IMG/VR virus record: IMGVR_UViG_3300014613_000008 | Span: 1-46,628 of that record | Length of the DNA stretch: 46,628 nucleotides | DNA from: a virus | Lineage: Duplodnaviria; Caudoviricetes | Strand: one strand, 5' to 3' | Shown here: one piece after another, positions 18,166 to 26,880 of the stretch | How positions within the stretch are numbered: the stretch's first letter is position 1 | How the letters are laid out: the number at the start of each line of letters is the position of its first letter | Program-made: the position numbers and the translations under genes | The notes under the pieces: model-generated | What the model was told of the DNA's origin: nothing | The model's database searches: none | What the model saw: only the letters and a program-made list of their open reading frames with translations

Positions 18166-18381
18166 ATGACCAGAGAATATATGGCGGTTGATCAGCACGG
18201 CCAGACCTACCATGCGCTTGGGCCTCACCCCAGGAAATCGTTGATGGTTCTCGCGGGGCGCAAGCGGGCGGCAAAGATGTACGTTGACGGGAAGGACGGG
18301 AAGGCCTACCACGTGGGCTATGTGATAGGCCGTCTTTGGTTCACCCTCTACCGCGTCACGCCCGTTAGGAAACCGGCATGA
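18166..18381 (+). CDS. Hypothetical early protein (71 aa)
   Basis: MTREYMAVDQHGQTY...KMYVDGKDGKAYHVGYVIG; coupled to the next gene. Confidence 0.7.
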   Translation: MTREYMAVDQHGQTYHALGPHPRKSLMVLAGRKRAAKMYVDGKDGKAYHVGYVIGRLWFTLYRVTPVRKPA

Positions 18382-18812
18382 CAGACTTTGTCCGGTGCTA
18401 TAACTGCGGGTTGATCGCGGCTCCGCTTGACGCGCTGGGCGGGCTGTGCCCGTCATGCCAGGGCGTGCCCGAGGTGCGCGGTCAATCCCAAGAAGACTAC
18501 TGCCGGGGGTGTGCCCATGAAGAGGCGGGCGGGTGTAACGTGATTCTCAAGGACGGGGAAGTGTGCGGCGACAGGATCGAACCCGACCCCCCGGATCATG
18601 ACGACTCCGACGCCATCTGCCCGTGTGACAACCCCGATTGTTCAAGACCCTGGGGCCACCTGCCGGACGAGGACCAAGGCCCGCTGTTCAGCGGTGTCCT
18701 TGAAACAGCGGTTGGGCCTATTTATTCGTTCCCGCCAGGGACAGGATCATACGCCGAGCGCAAGGCCAAGCGCATGAGGGAGGCCAAGCGCATGAGAGAG
18801 GCCAAGCCATGA
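18378..18812 (+). CDS. Cys-rich protein
   Basis: Multiple CxxC motifs; C-terminal AKRMRE tandem repeat. Confidence 0.65.
   Translation: MTDFVRCYNCGLIAAPLDALGGLCPSCQGVPEVRGQSQEDYCRGCAHEEAGGCNVILKDGEVCGDRIEPDPPDHDDSDAICPCDNPDCSRPWGHLPDEDQGPLFSGVLETAVGPIYSFPPGTGSYAERKAKRMREAKRMREAKP
18763..18812 (+). repeat. 18-bp tandem repeat (about 2.7 copies)
   Basis: aggccaagcgcatgaggg / aggccaagcgcatgagag / aggccaagccatga. Confidence 0.85.
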
Positions 18813-19054
18813 AACCCAAGACAAAGAAAGAAGCCCGGAAGGTGCGGAGATCTCAGCGGGAAGCAAAGGAAAGAATACGCCACGCCGCGCCTGATTTGCT
18901 TGTGGCCCTGCTTGACCTCACAGCACTTTACGCGGCCACGCCAGGGCATGACCCCTGTTTTGTCAAGAAAGGGCAAGCCGCCATCGCCAAGGCGCTGAGG
19001 GGCCGAGCGGACGCCAGCGTTATGAATCAAGGCGGAGGTGAAAAATGGAATTGA
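18809..19054 (+). CDS. Hypothetical protein with AAPDLL motif
   Basis: IRHAAPDLLVAL...AAIAKA, a common phage helical motif. Confidence 0.7.
   Translation: MKPKTKKEARKVRRSQREAKERIRHAAPDLLVALLDLTALYAATPGHDPCFVKKGQAAIAKALRGRADASVMNQGGGEKWN
19008..19025 (+). promoter_or_regulatory. Phage-specific promoter motif, copy R3
   Basis: CGGACG CCA GC G TTATGA upstream of GGAGGTGA and ATG 19045. Confidence 0.78.
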
Positions 19055-19347
19055 GCAAGCGGCAGATCAGAGAGTTGGTTCTGTCCAAGGGGATGAGCCG
19101 GGACAATTTCCAATCGGCCTTCTACTCCGACCGGGAAGAGTACATGGTCCACGTGTTCACGGAAAAAAGGGACGACAAAAATCATGTTCGCATCACCGTC
19201 ATGGACAGGAACACCGGCCAGACCGTGGCCCAGATCAACGAGGTGGGGAAGATCGAGAACCTTAAACCTCTGGACTATTTCGTGGCCTCAGAGATGGGAC
19301 ACGTCCGCCTCTACAAGTACCGGAACGACAATCCGGCGGGAGCGTGA
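19045..19347 (+). CDS. Hypothetical protein
   Basis: 100 aa, strong RBS. Confidence 0.75.
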   Translation: MELSKRQIRELVLSKGMSRDNFQSAFYSDREEYMVHVFTEKRDDKNHVRITVMDRNTGQTVAQINEVGKIENLKPLDYFVASEMGHVRLYKYRNDNPAGA

Positions 19348-19477
19348 GCGTGGCCTTGGTGATTTACAAAATCGCGCTGTTTTTCCTCATCCTCGGTGTG
19401 ATAGGATGGGCGTTCAGCAAGGCGTCAAGGTTCATGGCCAAGCATGACGCCGACATCAAGGGAAAGGAGAAAAACCC

Positions 19478-19696
19478 ATGGCGGTAGAAGTACTGTATGC
19501 GATGCTGGCCATTCTGATCATGGCGGGGTGCTATGCCCTGGGACACAAGTTCGGCATGCGCCGGGGGAAAGAGATCACCCTGGCCGTTCAAGCAGAGATG
19601 CGCCGGCGAGAGGCAGAGATGTTCTGTGCCGTGGATGAATACGTCCCGTCTCTCGAGGAAATCTTAGGGCGGGAACATGCCGTACGACAAGACTAG
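19478..19696 (+). CDS. Small membrane-anchored protein
   Basis: N-terminal TM helix; AAGGAG RBS. Confidence 0.65.
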   Translation: MAVEVLYAMLAILIMAGCYALGHKFGMRRGKEITLAVQAEMRRREAEMFCAVDEYVPSLEEILGREHAVRQD

Positions 19697-20018
19697 AACG
19701 GGCGGCAAGAAGTTCCGCGAACTAGAGAAGATCGGCGCTCTCTGGATGAAAACATCTGCCGCAGAGGGAAAGAAATATCAGAGCGGGGTTGTAGGCCTGT
19801 CACACAGCGATGACGACATTGTTCTCCACAAAGGCGACAAGATATTGATCTACGCCAATAAGCACCGGGCCAACGAGAACTCCCCCTGGTACTACCTGTT
19901 CAGGGAGAAGCCAGATGAGCCGGAAGAAGAGGAAGAGATGCCCCTTGGCGCCCAGGAAGACGACGCGCCCAGCGACGAGGAAGAGCCGAAAAAAGATGAC
20001 GATGACATCCAGTTCTAG
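19677..20018 (+). CDS. ssDNA-binding-like protein (DUF736-like) with acidic tail
   Basis: IGALW.K.S...KY.SG...N.....SP.Y and C-terminal DDDDIQF, like the SSB DDDIPF tail. Confidence 0.65.
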   Translation: MPYDKTRTGGKKFRELEKIGALWMKTSAAEGKKYQSGVVGLSHSDDDIVLHKGDKILIYANKHRANENSPWYYLFREKPDEPEEEEEMPLGAQEDDAPSDEEEPKKDDDDIQF

Positions 20019-20036
20019 CGGACGCTAGCGTTATAA
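20019..20036 (+). promoter_or_regulatory. Phage-specific promoter motif, copy R4
   Basis: CGGACG CTA GC G TTATAA(T), immediately after a stop codon and upstream of GAGGTGA and the recT ATG. Confidence 0.8.
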
Positions 20037-20054
20037 TTCTACGAGAGGTGAAAT

Positions 20055-21041
20055 ATGAGCGAAAAGAAAAACGCGGAGATGGTCGTCAGGAAACCGGATG
20101 CGATCATCTCGCCCATTCCGGACGCGAAAAACGTCCGCCTCTTGGCCACGGACCTGTTCAACTCCAGACTCTTCCGCGGGGTCGAGTCCATCCCCCACGC
20201 CATCGCCGCCATCCAATGCGGGGCGGAGTTGGGGATCCCCCCCGTGTCGGCCCTGAACCAGATCAAGATCATTAAGGGGCAGATGACGCTATCGGCGCGG
20301 CTGCTCCTAGCCCTGGCCGTGACAAAGGCTGGCGTGACGTGGAGGGCCGTTGAGTCCACCGACAAACGGTGCGAGATCGTGTTCTCGCGCCCGGGCTGGC
20401 AGGACGCGACAAGTATCTTCACGATTGAGGAGGCAAGGTTGGCCGGCCTCGTCAAGGACGACAGCGGGTGGCAGAAGTTCCCCGTCGACATGCTCTTTGC
20501 CCGCTGCTCCTCGCGCGGAGTGCGGAGGATTGCCCCGGACGCGACCATGGGGCTGTACGCGACCGAAGAGATCCAAGACGCCGACATCATCGAGGTCCAG
20601 GCAGAGGTCCAAGGTGCCGATGACATCTTCCCCCCGGCTGGCCCGGTCGAGCATCCGAAAGAGGCGCCGGCCAAGAAAGAGCCGGAGCCGGAGAAGCCGA
20701 AGGCTAAGGAGCCTGACCCGGGAGACGAGATCGCGGCCATGGCCGAGAGCGCCGAGGACGTTGAGGCCATGGAGGGCAAGGACGAAGAACTGGAAAAGGC
20801 CATCCAGAAGATCAAGGACCGGGTCCAGGCCGCGGGCGTAGACCTGACGGCCTTCAAGGAGTGGCTGTTCTCGTACCAGAACAAACTCCGACCGGTCAGG
20901 GCGATCCTGGGAAAGATCGGGAAGTCCTACCGCTTCCACCTGGGCAAGAAGAAAGACACCCTCCAACTCGCGGATAAGATCGACGACGCCATCACGACCT
21001 TCCGTACGGGCAGGACGAGTACGGGGAAGGAGGTCAAGTGA
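20055..21041 (+). CDS. recT: RecT/Redbeta-family single-strand annealing protein
   Basis: G.ELG.PP..AL..I.IIKG, FTIEEA..AGL, W.K.P..ML.AR...R...PD...GLY..EE. Confidence 0.85.
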   Translation: MSEKKNAEMVVRKPDAIISPIPDAKNVRLLATDLFNSRLFRGVESIPHAIAAIQCGAELGIPPVSALNQIKIIKGQMTLSARLLLALAVTKAGVTWRAVESTDKRCEIVFSRPGWQDATSIFTIEEARLAGLVKDDSGWQKFPVDMLFARCSSRGVRRIAPDATMGLYATEEIQDADIIEVQAEVQGADDIFPPAGPVEHPKEAPAKKEPEPEKPKAKEPDPGDEIAAMAESAEDVEAMEGKDEELEKAIQKIKDRVQAAGVDLTAFKEWLFSYQNKLRPVRAILGKIGKSYRFHLGKKKDTLQLADKIDDAITTFRTGRTSTGKEVK

Positions 21042-21373
21042 GAATCGCCGCCGACGGGAAGCCGTTCGACATCGATGGGGTGGGAGATGCCGGGATCGGT
21101 GATGTCGAGATCATTCAGTTCCTCAGACCGAACGCGAGGCGCCGCCGCATGTTGGCAGAGGTGGGCGAGGATCTAGCCAAGTCCGCGCAGGATCTCATCC
21201 TGTCAGCGGAGGATTTGGGGAACGGAACCGTGGCCGTCTACGTTAGGGCCAAGGGAGAAGATCCAGAAAAGGAACATTTCGAGATCGCGCAGAATGGTCC
21301 TGGCCCGGATAACCCGACCGCTGTTCTTCAGCGGATGATCAGAAAATACGCTGACGCAAAGAGGAGACCATGA
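21038..21373 (+). CDS. Hypothetical protein
   Basis: GTG start, GGAGG RBS, overlaps both neighbours. Confidence 0.7.
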   Translation: MRIAADGKPFDIDGVGDAGIGDVEIIQFLRPNARRRRMLAEVGEDLAKSAQDLILSAEDLGNGTVAVYVRAKGEDPEKEHFEIAQNGPGPDNPTAVLQRMIRKYADAKRRP

Positions 21374-22182
21374 AACTGACAAGAAACCCAAGGGGCTGGT
21401 ATGACATCGACGAAGTGCCGATGATCTCATCCACGACCGTCCTTAAAAAGTTGGAGAAGGAAGGCCTCCATCCGTGGATCGCCGCCACGACAGCGGAGCA
21501 GATCCGAGACTTCATCCTCCAGCCGATCATCCGCGGCGAGATGACCCCCGAGCAGTTGGGCGAGATGGACCTCGACGCCCTCATGAAAGAGGCCAAGCAA
21601 GCCCACCAGCGGGCCAAGAAAGAGGCCGGGGACATGGGGTCGCTGATCCACAAGGTCATCGAGGAATACTACGCCGGGGGCAAGCAGGACAGGGATCTCC
21701 TCGATGCGTACACGAAGAAGATGCCTGACCTGACGGCCCCTATCCTGGCGTTCATTGGGTGGGAAGACCTGTACAAGATCAAGCCCATCCGGTCGGAGCA
21801 GACGGTGTTCTCTTTCACGAACAAGTTCGCCGGCACGTTGGACCTAGAGTGCATGGCTGAACTCCCTGGGGCCGATGTCGGGCCGCTCCATATCGTCACA
21901 GACTTCAAGTCCTCAAACGGGATCTACGATGAGCATGTCCTTCAGATCGCGTCCTACGTGTTCGCGGCAGAGGAGATGCTGGGCGAAGATTTCGATGGCG
22001 GCATGATCGTCCGCCTGGACAAGGTCACGGGGATCTCAGAGCCGCACTTCTACCCCCGGTCGGACCTCGTCCTTCCGTACAAGGCGTTCCTGGCCGTCAA
22101 GTCCTACGTGGACCACGAACGGGCGTGGAAGGAAGAGGTCAAGAAGGCCAAGGCAGCGGCCAAAGCAGAGGCAAAGAAATGA
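21370..22182 (+). CDS. PD-(D/E)XK exonuclease (partner of RecT)
   Basis: SSTTVL, G.LIH, SEQTV, FAGTLDL, TDFKSS, QIASY. Confidence 0.85.
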   Translation: MKLTRNPRGWYDIDEVPMISSTTVLKKLEKEGLHPWIAATTAEQIRDFILQPIIRGEMTPEQLGEMDLDALMKEAKQAHQRAKKEAGDMGSLIHKVIEEYYAGGKQDRDLLDAYTKKMPDLTAPILAFIGWEDLYKIKPIRSEQTVFSFTNKFAGTLDLECMAELPGADVGPLHIVTDFKSSNGIYDEHVLQIASYVFAAEEMLGEDFDGGMIVRLDKVTGISEPHFYPRSDLVLPYKAFLAVKSYVDHERAWKEEVKKAKAAAKAEAKK

Positions 22183-22382
22183 TCGGATCTAGAATCGTTG
22201 ATCTGGACGACCTGTTTGCTTTAGCCCAAAGCCACCGATCAGTCGTGGTCCCAAAACTTTCCGTATGGAAGAAGCCGCGGCCGGCCGCTTTCATGATGAA
22301 TTTGACCGGCCAAGTGCTTCTCGAACTCATAACAGCCGGGATGTACGAGTACAAGAAAGAACCGAAGCAGGGGGTCCGTTGA
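22179..22382 (+). CDS. Hypothetical protein (67 aa)
   Basis: Start MIGSRIVDLDDL overlapping the upstream stop. Confidence 0.65.
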   Translation: MIGSRIVDLDDLFALAQSHRSVVVPKLSVWKKPRPAAFMMNLTGQVLLELITAGMYEYKKEPKQGVR

Positions 22383-22507
22383 GCGCCAATTTTTTAGTTT
22401 TCACCTCATTATCGCGAATCTCTGGTTCCCCACCGGAGATGGCCGTATTCCCCTGCGGCCCCGCTAAATGCCAGCGGGCCTCCTGCTTCTTTTATCCGGA
22501 GTAGATC

Positions 22508-23419
22508 ATGCCGAAACACATGTTCTCGAAATACTTCCGCTTGTGGGCCGAGGACTGTCTGGGCATGCCCGATACGGACGGGTTCAACATCGTCAAGAAC
22601 CTGACCGCAGAGGAACGGTGGTGCTACATGGGCCTCCTGGCCATGTGTGCGAACCGGAACCTCCAGCCGCTCGTCTGTATCAGCGCCCTGGTTGGCTACA
22701 CAGACACCCAAATCGCGGACACCCTGGGCGTGACTGTCACAAACGTGAAGCGGACGAAAGAGAAACTGATCGCCGGCAGGAAGATCGATGTCGACAGTTC
22801 CGGCGTGATCCAGATCCTCGATTGGCCGAGACATGCCGGGAAGTATTTCATCAACCGGAGATACCTGAGCGGGGAGGCCCGCATTTGGTCCCTAGAAGAG
22901 GAACTGAAGCGGAAGGAACTCGAGAAAAAGAAGCGGGAGATCTTCCTCGGTGTCATCAAGTTCCTGAATCTCCGGACGGAGATGAACTTTAGAGCGACCT
23001 GCGAGGCGTCATTCAAGCACGTGAGCGCCAGGATCACCGAGGGCGCCACGCTGGATGATTTCAAGCACGTGATCGAGGTCAAGGCCCAACAATGGCTGCA
23101 CAACCCCGACTACGAAAAGTTCCTCCGGCCGGCTACGCTCTTCAACAGCGAAAAGTTCTGGGGCTATCGACAGGAGCGGATTGTCGCACGCCGCATGCCC
23201 GCGGGGATGGCGCCGCCATCGATCGGGTGGCTCCCACAAGAGGAGGCCAAGTACGGGAAGATGGTCGCCGACGAGTACGAGGCCAAGAAGAAAGCATACA
23301 TGAAGAAAGAGGGGATCACAGACGAGGAGAAAATCGATTGGTTCAAGATCCCCACGCTCGATGAGTATAGACGCCTACGGATCAAGCAACTAAGGGCAAG
23401 TAAGGAATATTCCCTGTGA
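22508..23419 (+). CDS. Replication initiator (replisome-organizer HTH + Phg_2220_C-like domain)
   Basis: YTDTQIADTLG HTH; VIKFLN..T..NF...ARI.EG..LDDFK.VI..K...W......FLRP.TLF..EKF. Confidence 0.8.
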   Translation: MPKHMFSKYFRLWAEDCLGMPDTDGFNIVKNLTAEERWCYMGLLAMCANRNLQPLVCISALVGYTDTQIADTLGVTVTNVKRTKEKLIAGRKIDVDSSGVIQILDWPRHAGKYFINRRYLSGEARIWSLEEELKRKELEKKKREIFLGVIKFLNLRTEMNFRATCEASFKHVSARITEGATLDDFKHVIEVKAQQWLHNPDYEKFLRPATLFNSEKFWGYRQERIVARRMPAGMAPPSIGWLPQEEAKYGKMVADEYEAKKKAYMKKEGITDEEKIDWFKIPTLDEYRRLRIKQLRASKEYSL

Positions 23420-23441
23420 CCAAAAAAGAAAGGAGGATAAA

Positions 23442-23711
23442 ATGAGCAAAATAATCTGCGTTAAATGTGAAGTAGAATTTAGGCCCGAAGAGAACGGCGT
23501 TCACGTCCATGAACTCATGCGCGCGGATACCGCTATTTACAAAATTTGGGACGCCGACCTTTGGAAGTGTCCCCGTTGCGGGATACTAATCGTAGCCGGA
23601 TTCGGGCAAAAACCTTTCGCCGAACACTTCGAGGAGGACCAGATGCGGGCGGTTCTCGACTCCGAAAAAACGCATCACACGACAGTCTTTCTTGACAGGG
23701 AGTTGCCTTGA
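23442..23711 (+). CDS. Zinc-ribbon protein
   Basis: CVKC...ADLWKCPRCG; AAGGAGG RBS. Confidence 0.75.
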   Translation: MSKIICVKCEVEFRPEENGVHVHELMRADTAIYKIWDADLWKCPRCGILIVAGFGQKPFAEHFEEDQMRAVLDSEKTHHTTVFLDRELP

Positions 23712-23908
23712 GCAAGCACGACCCAGCGTACATCGATAAGTTCCAGCCTCGCACGTTCGAGCGGAGCGAGTGCTGCAAGGCCCCGATCGAATGGGGAGAA
23801 ACCAGGGCCGGGAGAACATCGCCGCCCGAACCGGTTCCCCTCTGCTCAAGTTGCGGGGCCAAGTGCGACAGGATGGAGATCCCCGAGGATGAAGAGGAGG
23901 GAAGATGA
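23708..23908 (+). CDS. Zinc-ribbon protein
   Basis: SECCKA...CSSCGAKC; TTG overlapping the upstream stop. Confidence 0.65.
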   Translation: MSKHDPAYIDKFQPRTFERSECCKAPIEWGETRAGRTSPPEPVPLCSSCGAKCDRMEIPEDEEEGR

Positions 23909-24192
23909 GCGTGCTACTGAAGGAATGGGTCATACAATGGGGGGAGCATAGGATCCCTATCACAGCCGACATGGTCGCGGACGCGCTCCAGAAAGCGGTC
24001 AGCATCATGATCAAGGAGTACACGAAGGCCAACCGGGTCATCATCGAGGATCCCCGCATGCGGGCGGAGTGGGAACAGGCCGCGATGATCGTGGATCTCG
24101 CGCGGCACAATTTCCTGGCCCTGGACTCCATGGAGAAGCGGGGCATGATCCGAGCGAAGATCCCGGGGAAGGACAAGGTAAAGCCAAATTGA
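23905..24192 (+). CDS. Hypothetical protein
   Basis: GAGGAGG RBS, ATGA overlap. Confidence 0.7.
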   Translation: MSVLLKEWVIQWGEHRIPITADMVADALQKAVSIMIKEYTKANRVIIEDPRMRAEWEQAAMIVDLARHNFLALDSMEKRGMIRAKIPGKDKVKPN

Positions 24193-24314
24193 CTCGAAAG
24201 GAAGGAGGAGGGGAGTGACTATTTATCTTATTCCATTTCGTGTTCCGCAGCTTTTCTATGCGTGGTCAGATTGGCTCAATAACAATCCGACGACAACGAA
24301 CAAAGGAGTCCCCG

Positions 24315-24719
24315 ATGACCAAGTCCAGCGAGCTTGATACGGCGATTGAGCTACTAGAGTGGCACATGTCTGAATACGCGGATGACAAGGATTGGATTGG
24401 GTGGAGAGATGCCGTCACCGCACTCAAGGACTACGAGAAGGTCAAGGCGGAAGAAGAAAAGTGGCGGGATGAATGGGGGAAACAATTGCGAAGGGGCGAC
24501 AGGCTTGCCGACGCTTGGGTTGGACTGAAACTTCAATGCGAGAAAGCCGAGGCCGAACTCGCCGCACTCAAGGCGGAGATGGAAAAAGATGAGGCGTTCT
24601 ACGCCAAGATGGAGCGCATAAAGTTCAAGGAAGACTCAGCCGAAGCCGCCCTTGCCTGTCAGTCTACCCCACAAACCGACCCGAAGGCCGGGGACGTGGG
24701 GCAAGAGGGAGAGAATTGA
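24315..24719 (+). CDS. Coiled-coil protein, paralog A
   Basis: MTKSSELDTAI...ALKDYEKVK; AAGGAG RBS. Confidence 0.7.
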   Translation: MTKSSELDTAIELLEWHMSEYADDKDWIGWRDAVTALKDYEKVKAEEEKWRDEWGKQLRRGDRLADAWVGLKLQCEKAEAELAALKAEMEKDEAFYAKMERIKFKEDSAEAALACQSTPQTDPKAGDVGQEGEN

Positions 24720-24988
24720 GCAAGCCGATTCAAATCGGACCCTGGAAACTCTGGCCCGGCAGAAAGGTCCGGGTGTTTTCTGCCATACGCCAGCGGGACA
24801 TGGGCGTCTGGTCCTTCATCCGCATAGTGTCAAATGACGAGTGCGCCATTGACACGCCGGAGTTTAGACAGGGCAAAAAAATCATCCGTGGCTGGTCGTG
24901 CTGGTGGATTCCAGAGTCAGAACACCAGGGCCTTCTGCGAGAGCGGAACCATCGAGCCGCCGAGAAGCAGGCGAAGGAGCCGAAATGA
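24716..24988 (+). CDS. Hypothetical protein
   Basis: 90 aa, overlaps both neighbours. Confidence 0.6.
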   Translation: MSKPIQIGPWKLWPGRKVRVFSAIRQRDMGVWSFIRIVSNDECAIDTPEFRQGKKIIRGWSCWWIPESEHQGLLRERNHRAAEKQAKEPK

Positions 24989-25395
24989 AACGCACGGCCC
25001 CCATGATGCCTTCTAAAACCTGCAACTGGCACACGCCCAAGGCCCTCTATGAGGACTTGGATTCTGAGTTCCACTTCACAGACGACCCCTGTCCCGAAGG
25101 CGGAATGTTCGGCCTGGACCGAACATGGGGCCTGAGCGTTTTCTGCAACCCGCCCTATGGCCGAGGGGTCGACCGCTGGATCTCAAAAGGGATCGCTGAG
25201 GCCCGGAGCGGGTCAATCGTCGTGGTCTTCTTGCTCCCCGCCCGGACAGATACGCGCTGGTTCCATGACCTCATCCTGCCGAACGCCTCGGACATCCGCT
25301 TCCTGCAAGGCCGCCAGCAATTCACGAAGAACGGAGTGCCGGGCCGATGTCCTTTCCCCTCGATGATCGTGATCTTCCGAGGAGACAAATCATGA
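24985..25395 (+). CDS. Phage DNA N6-adenine methyltransferase (Dam-like)
   Basis: W.TP, F..DPC, VFCNPPY, LLPARTDTRWFHD, IRFL.GR, PFPSM. Confidence 0.9.
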   Translation: MKRTAPMMPSKTCNWHTPKALYEDLDSEFHFTDDPCPEGGMFGLDRTWGLSVFCNPPYGRGVDRWISKGIAEARSGSIVVVFLLPARTDTRWFHDLILPNASDIRFLQGRQQFTKNGVPGRCPFPSMIVIFRGDKS

Positions 25396-25964
25396 ACCGC
25401 ACGAAGATCGAGTGGGCCGACTACCACCGAGGATATTTAGCCGGGATGACAGATGGCGACGGGACGTTCAAGATGCCCGTTCCCGGGAGGCGGTATCGTC
25501 ATAGTCAATGGTATTGGCGGGTCGCGCTGAGAGATGAATATATTTTGAGGCGATTGCGGCAAGTTCTCCGGAGGCTCGGGATTCGGATTCCCATAAGAGA
25601 GTTCTCTGTGCCGGGAATGGTCAAACTCGAAACGCGAAGAGCGGCCCTTCTGAAAAAGATATACGACGCCATCTATTCCAAACCGATAACACTATCCTAC
25701 GAACTCGGCTATTTGGCCGGGATCTTCGATGCCGAAGGAAATTGGCATAAGAGCAATCTCCGCATTTATAACTCAAAAGAAAGCATCCGGAAGCGGGTCG
25801 TGATCTATGGCTATGATCTGGGATTCACCTTCTCCATCGAAGATTATCCGTCCGAAAAGGCGAATGGAGCGAGGCTGGTCGGCGACCGCTATGAGGCAAT
25901 CAGATTTATAGCTTCTATTCGATCCGCCAAGTCCAAGAAATATCTCAAGGAGACGGGCCGATGA
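25392..25964 (+). CDS. Double-motif LAGLIDADG homing endonuclease carrying a DUF5131-type N-terminus
   Basis: GYLAGMTDGDG and GYLAGIFDAEG; begins MNRTKIEWADY. Confidence 0.88.
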   Translation: MNRTKIEWADYHRGYLAGMTDGDGTFKMPVPGRRYRHSQWYWRVALRDEYILRRLRQVLRRLGIRIPIREFSVPGMVKLETRRAALLKKIYDAIYSKPITLSYELGYLAGIFDAEGNWHKSNLRIYNSKESIRKRVVIYGYDLGFTFSIEDYPSEKANGARLVGDRYEAIRFIASIRSAKSKKYLKETGR

Positions 25965-26671
25965 ATAAATCAAAAATAGAGTGGTGCAATTTTTCGTGGA
26001 ACCCGGTCAAAGGATTATGTCCCGAAGACTGCAAGACCCCGGACGGCAAAAGCTACTGCTACGCCAGGGCGATGTATCGTCGGTTCGGGTGGGATGAGAA
26101 AATCAGTTATGACTACGCCCCACTCGAGGCCTATGGAAAAATCAAAAGCGGTTCCCGAGTCTTCGTCTGCTCGACCTTTGAGTTATTCAACGAACGAGTC
26201 GATCACTTCCGCCCTTCGATTTTCTCGACTATCGAATCTCGCCCCGACCTGACCTTCATCATCCTGACCAAGCGGCCCGAGAGGATCGACCGCCCCATGC
26301 CGGATAATGTCTGGCTTGGGGTGAGTTGCGACGGGTCTGACTGGGAAAGGGACGACGCGAGAATAGAGGCCCTTGAGCAGATGACCACGGCTAAGGTTAA
26401 GTTTATTTCCTACGAGCCACTACTTGGTTCGCCTCGATATTGGGGCCACTGGACGGATGACCGGATTGGCGGGGTGCAGTGGATTATCGCGGGGAAATTA
26501 ACGGGGAGGCGACCGAAGGACATCGGATGCTTCAAATCATACAACGATATGGTGCGGGGCCACATCGAAACCCTCATCGTCCTAGCCCGCCGCGACAAAA
26601 TCCCGCTTTTCCTCAAGGACAACCTCAAGGACATCTGGGGCGGGCCGCTGATTCAGGAATATCCGAAATGA
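25961..26671 (+). CDS. DUF5131 (phage gp37/gp68, radical-SAM-like) protein
   Basis: SKIEWC..SWNPVKG.C...C...CYA, VFVCS, ILTKRPER, NVWLGVS, FISYEPLL, WIIAG, IPLFLK, QEYP. Confidence 0.92.
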   Translation: MNKSKIEWCNFSWNPVKGLCPEDCKTPDGKSYCYARAMYRRFGWDEKISYDYAPLEAYGKIKSGSRVFVCSTFELFNERVDHFRPSIFSTIESRPDLTFIILTKRPERIDRPMPDNVWLGVSCDGSDWERDDARIEALEQMTTAKVKFISYEPLLGSPRYWGHWTDDRIGGVQWIIAGKLTGRRPKDIGCFKSYNDMVRGHIETLIVLARRDKIPLFLKDNLKDIWGGPLIQEYPK

Positions 26672-26880
26672 CAATTTTAGAAGCACTTGAGATCATCAGG
26701 GACGAACTCTTTGGCCTTGGCCAGATGAGCCACACGTATCTCGAAAGAGTTGACGCGATGAAGATCGTCCAGCCCATCCTCGAAGCCGCGGCGAAGATCA
26801 CGCCGTTCGACCTGGCCACGGAGGATTGGCCCTCAGGTGAATTACATGACGCCATCGATGTGGCGAAGGAGAAGCCATGA
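26668..26880 (+). CDS. Hypothetical protein (70 aa)
   Basis: Start MTILEALEII overlapping the upstream stop. Confidence 0.65.
   Translation: MTILEALEIIRDELFGLGQMSHTYLERVDAMKIVQPILEAAAKITPFDLATEDWPSGELHDAIDVAKEKP

Noticed and set aside
16199-20036. Motif as a sigma54 promoter, repressor operator or CRISPR repeat
   Set aside because: GG-GC spacing is 6 rather than 10 nt; the motif is not palindromic; copies are dispersed and degenerate.
22433-22499. c-di-GMP-I riboswitch matching the GGDEF domain
   Set aside because: Lacks the GCAAA...GACGCAAAGC core and GNRA loop.
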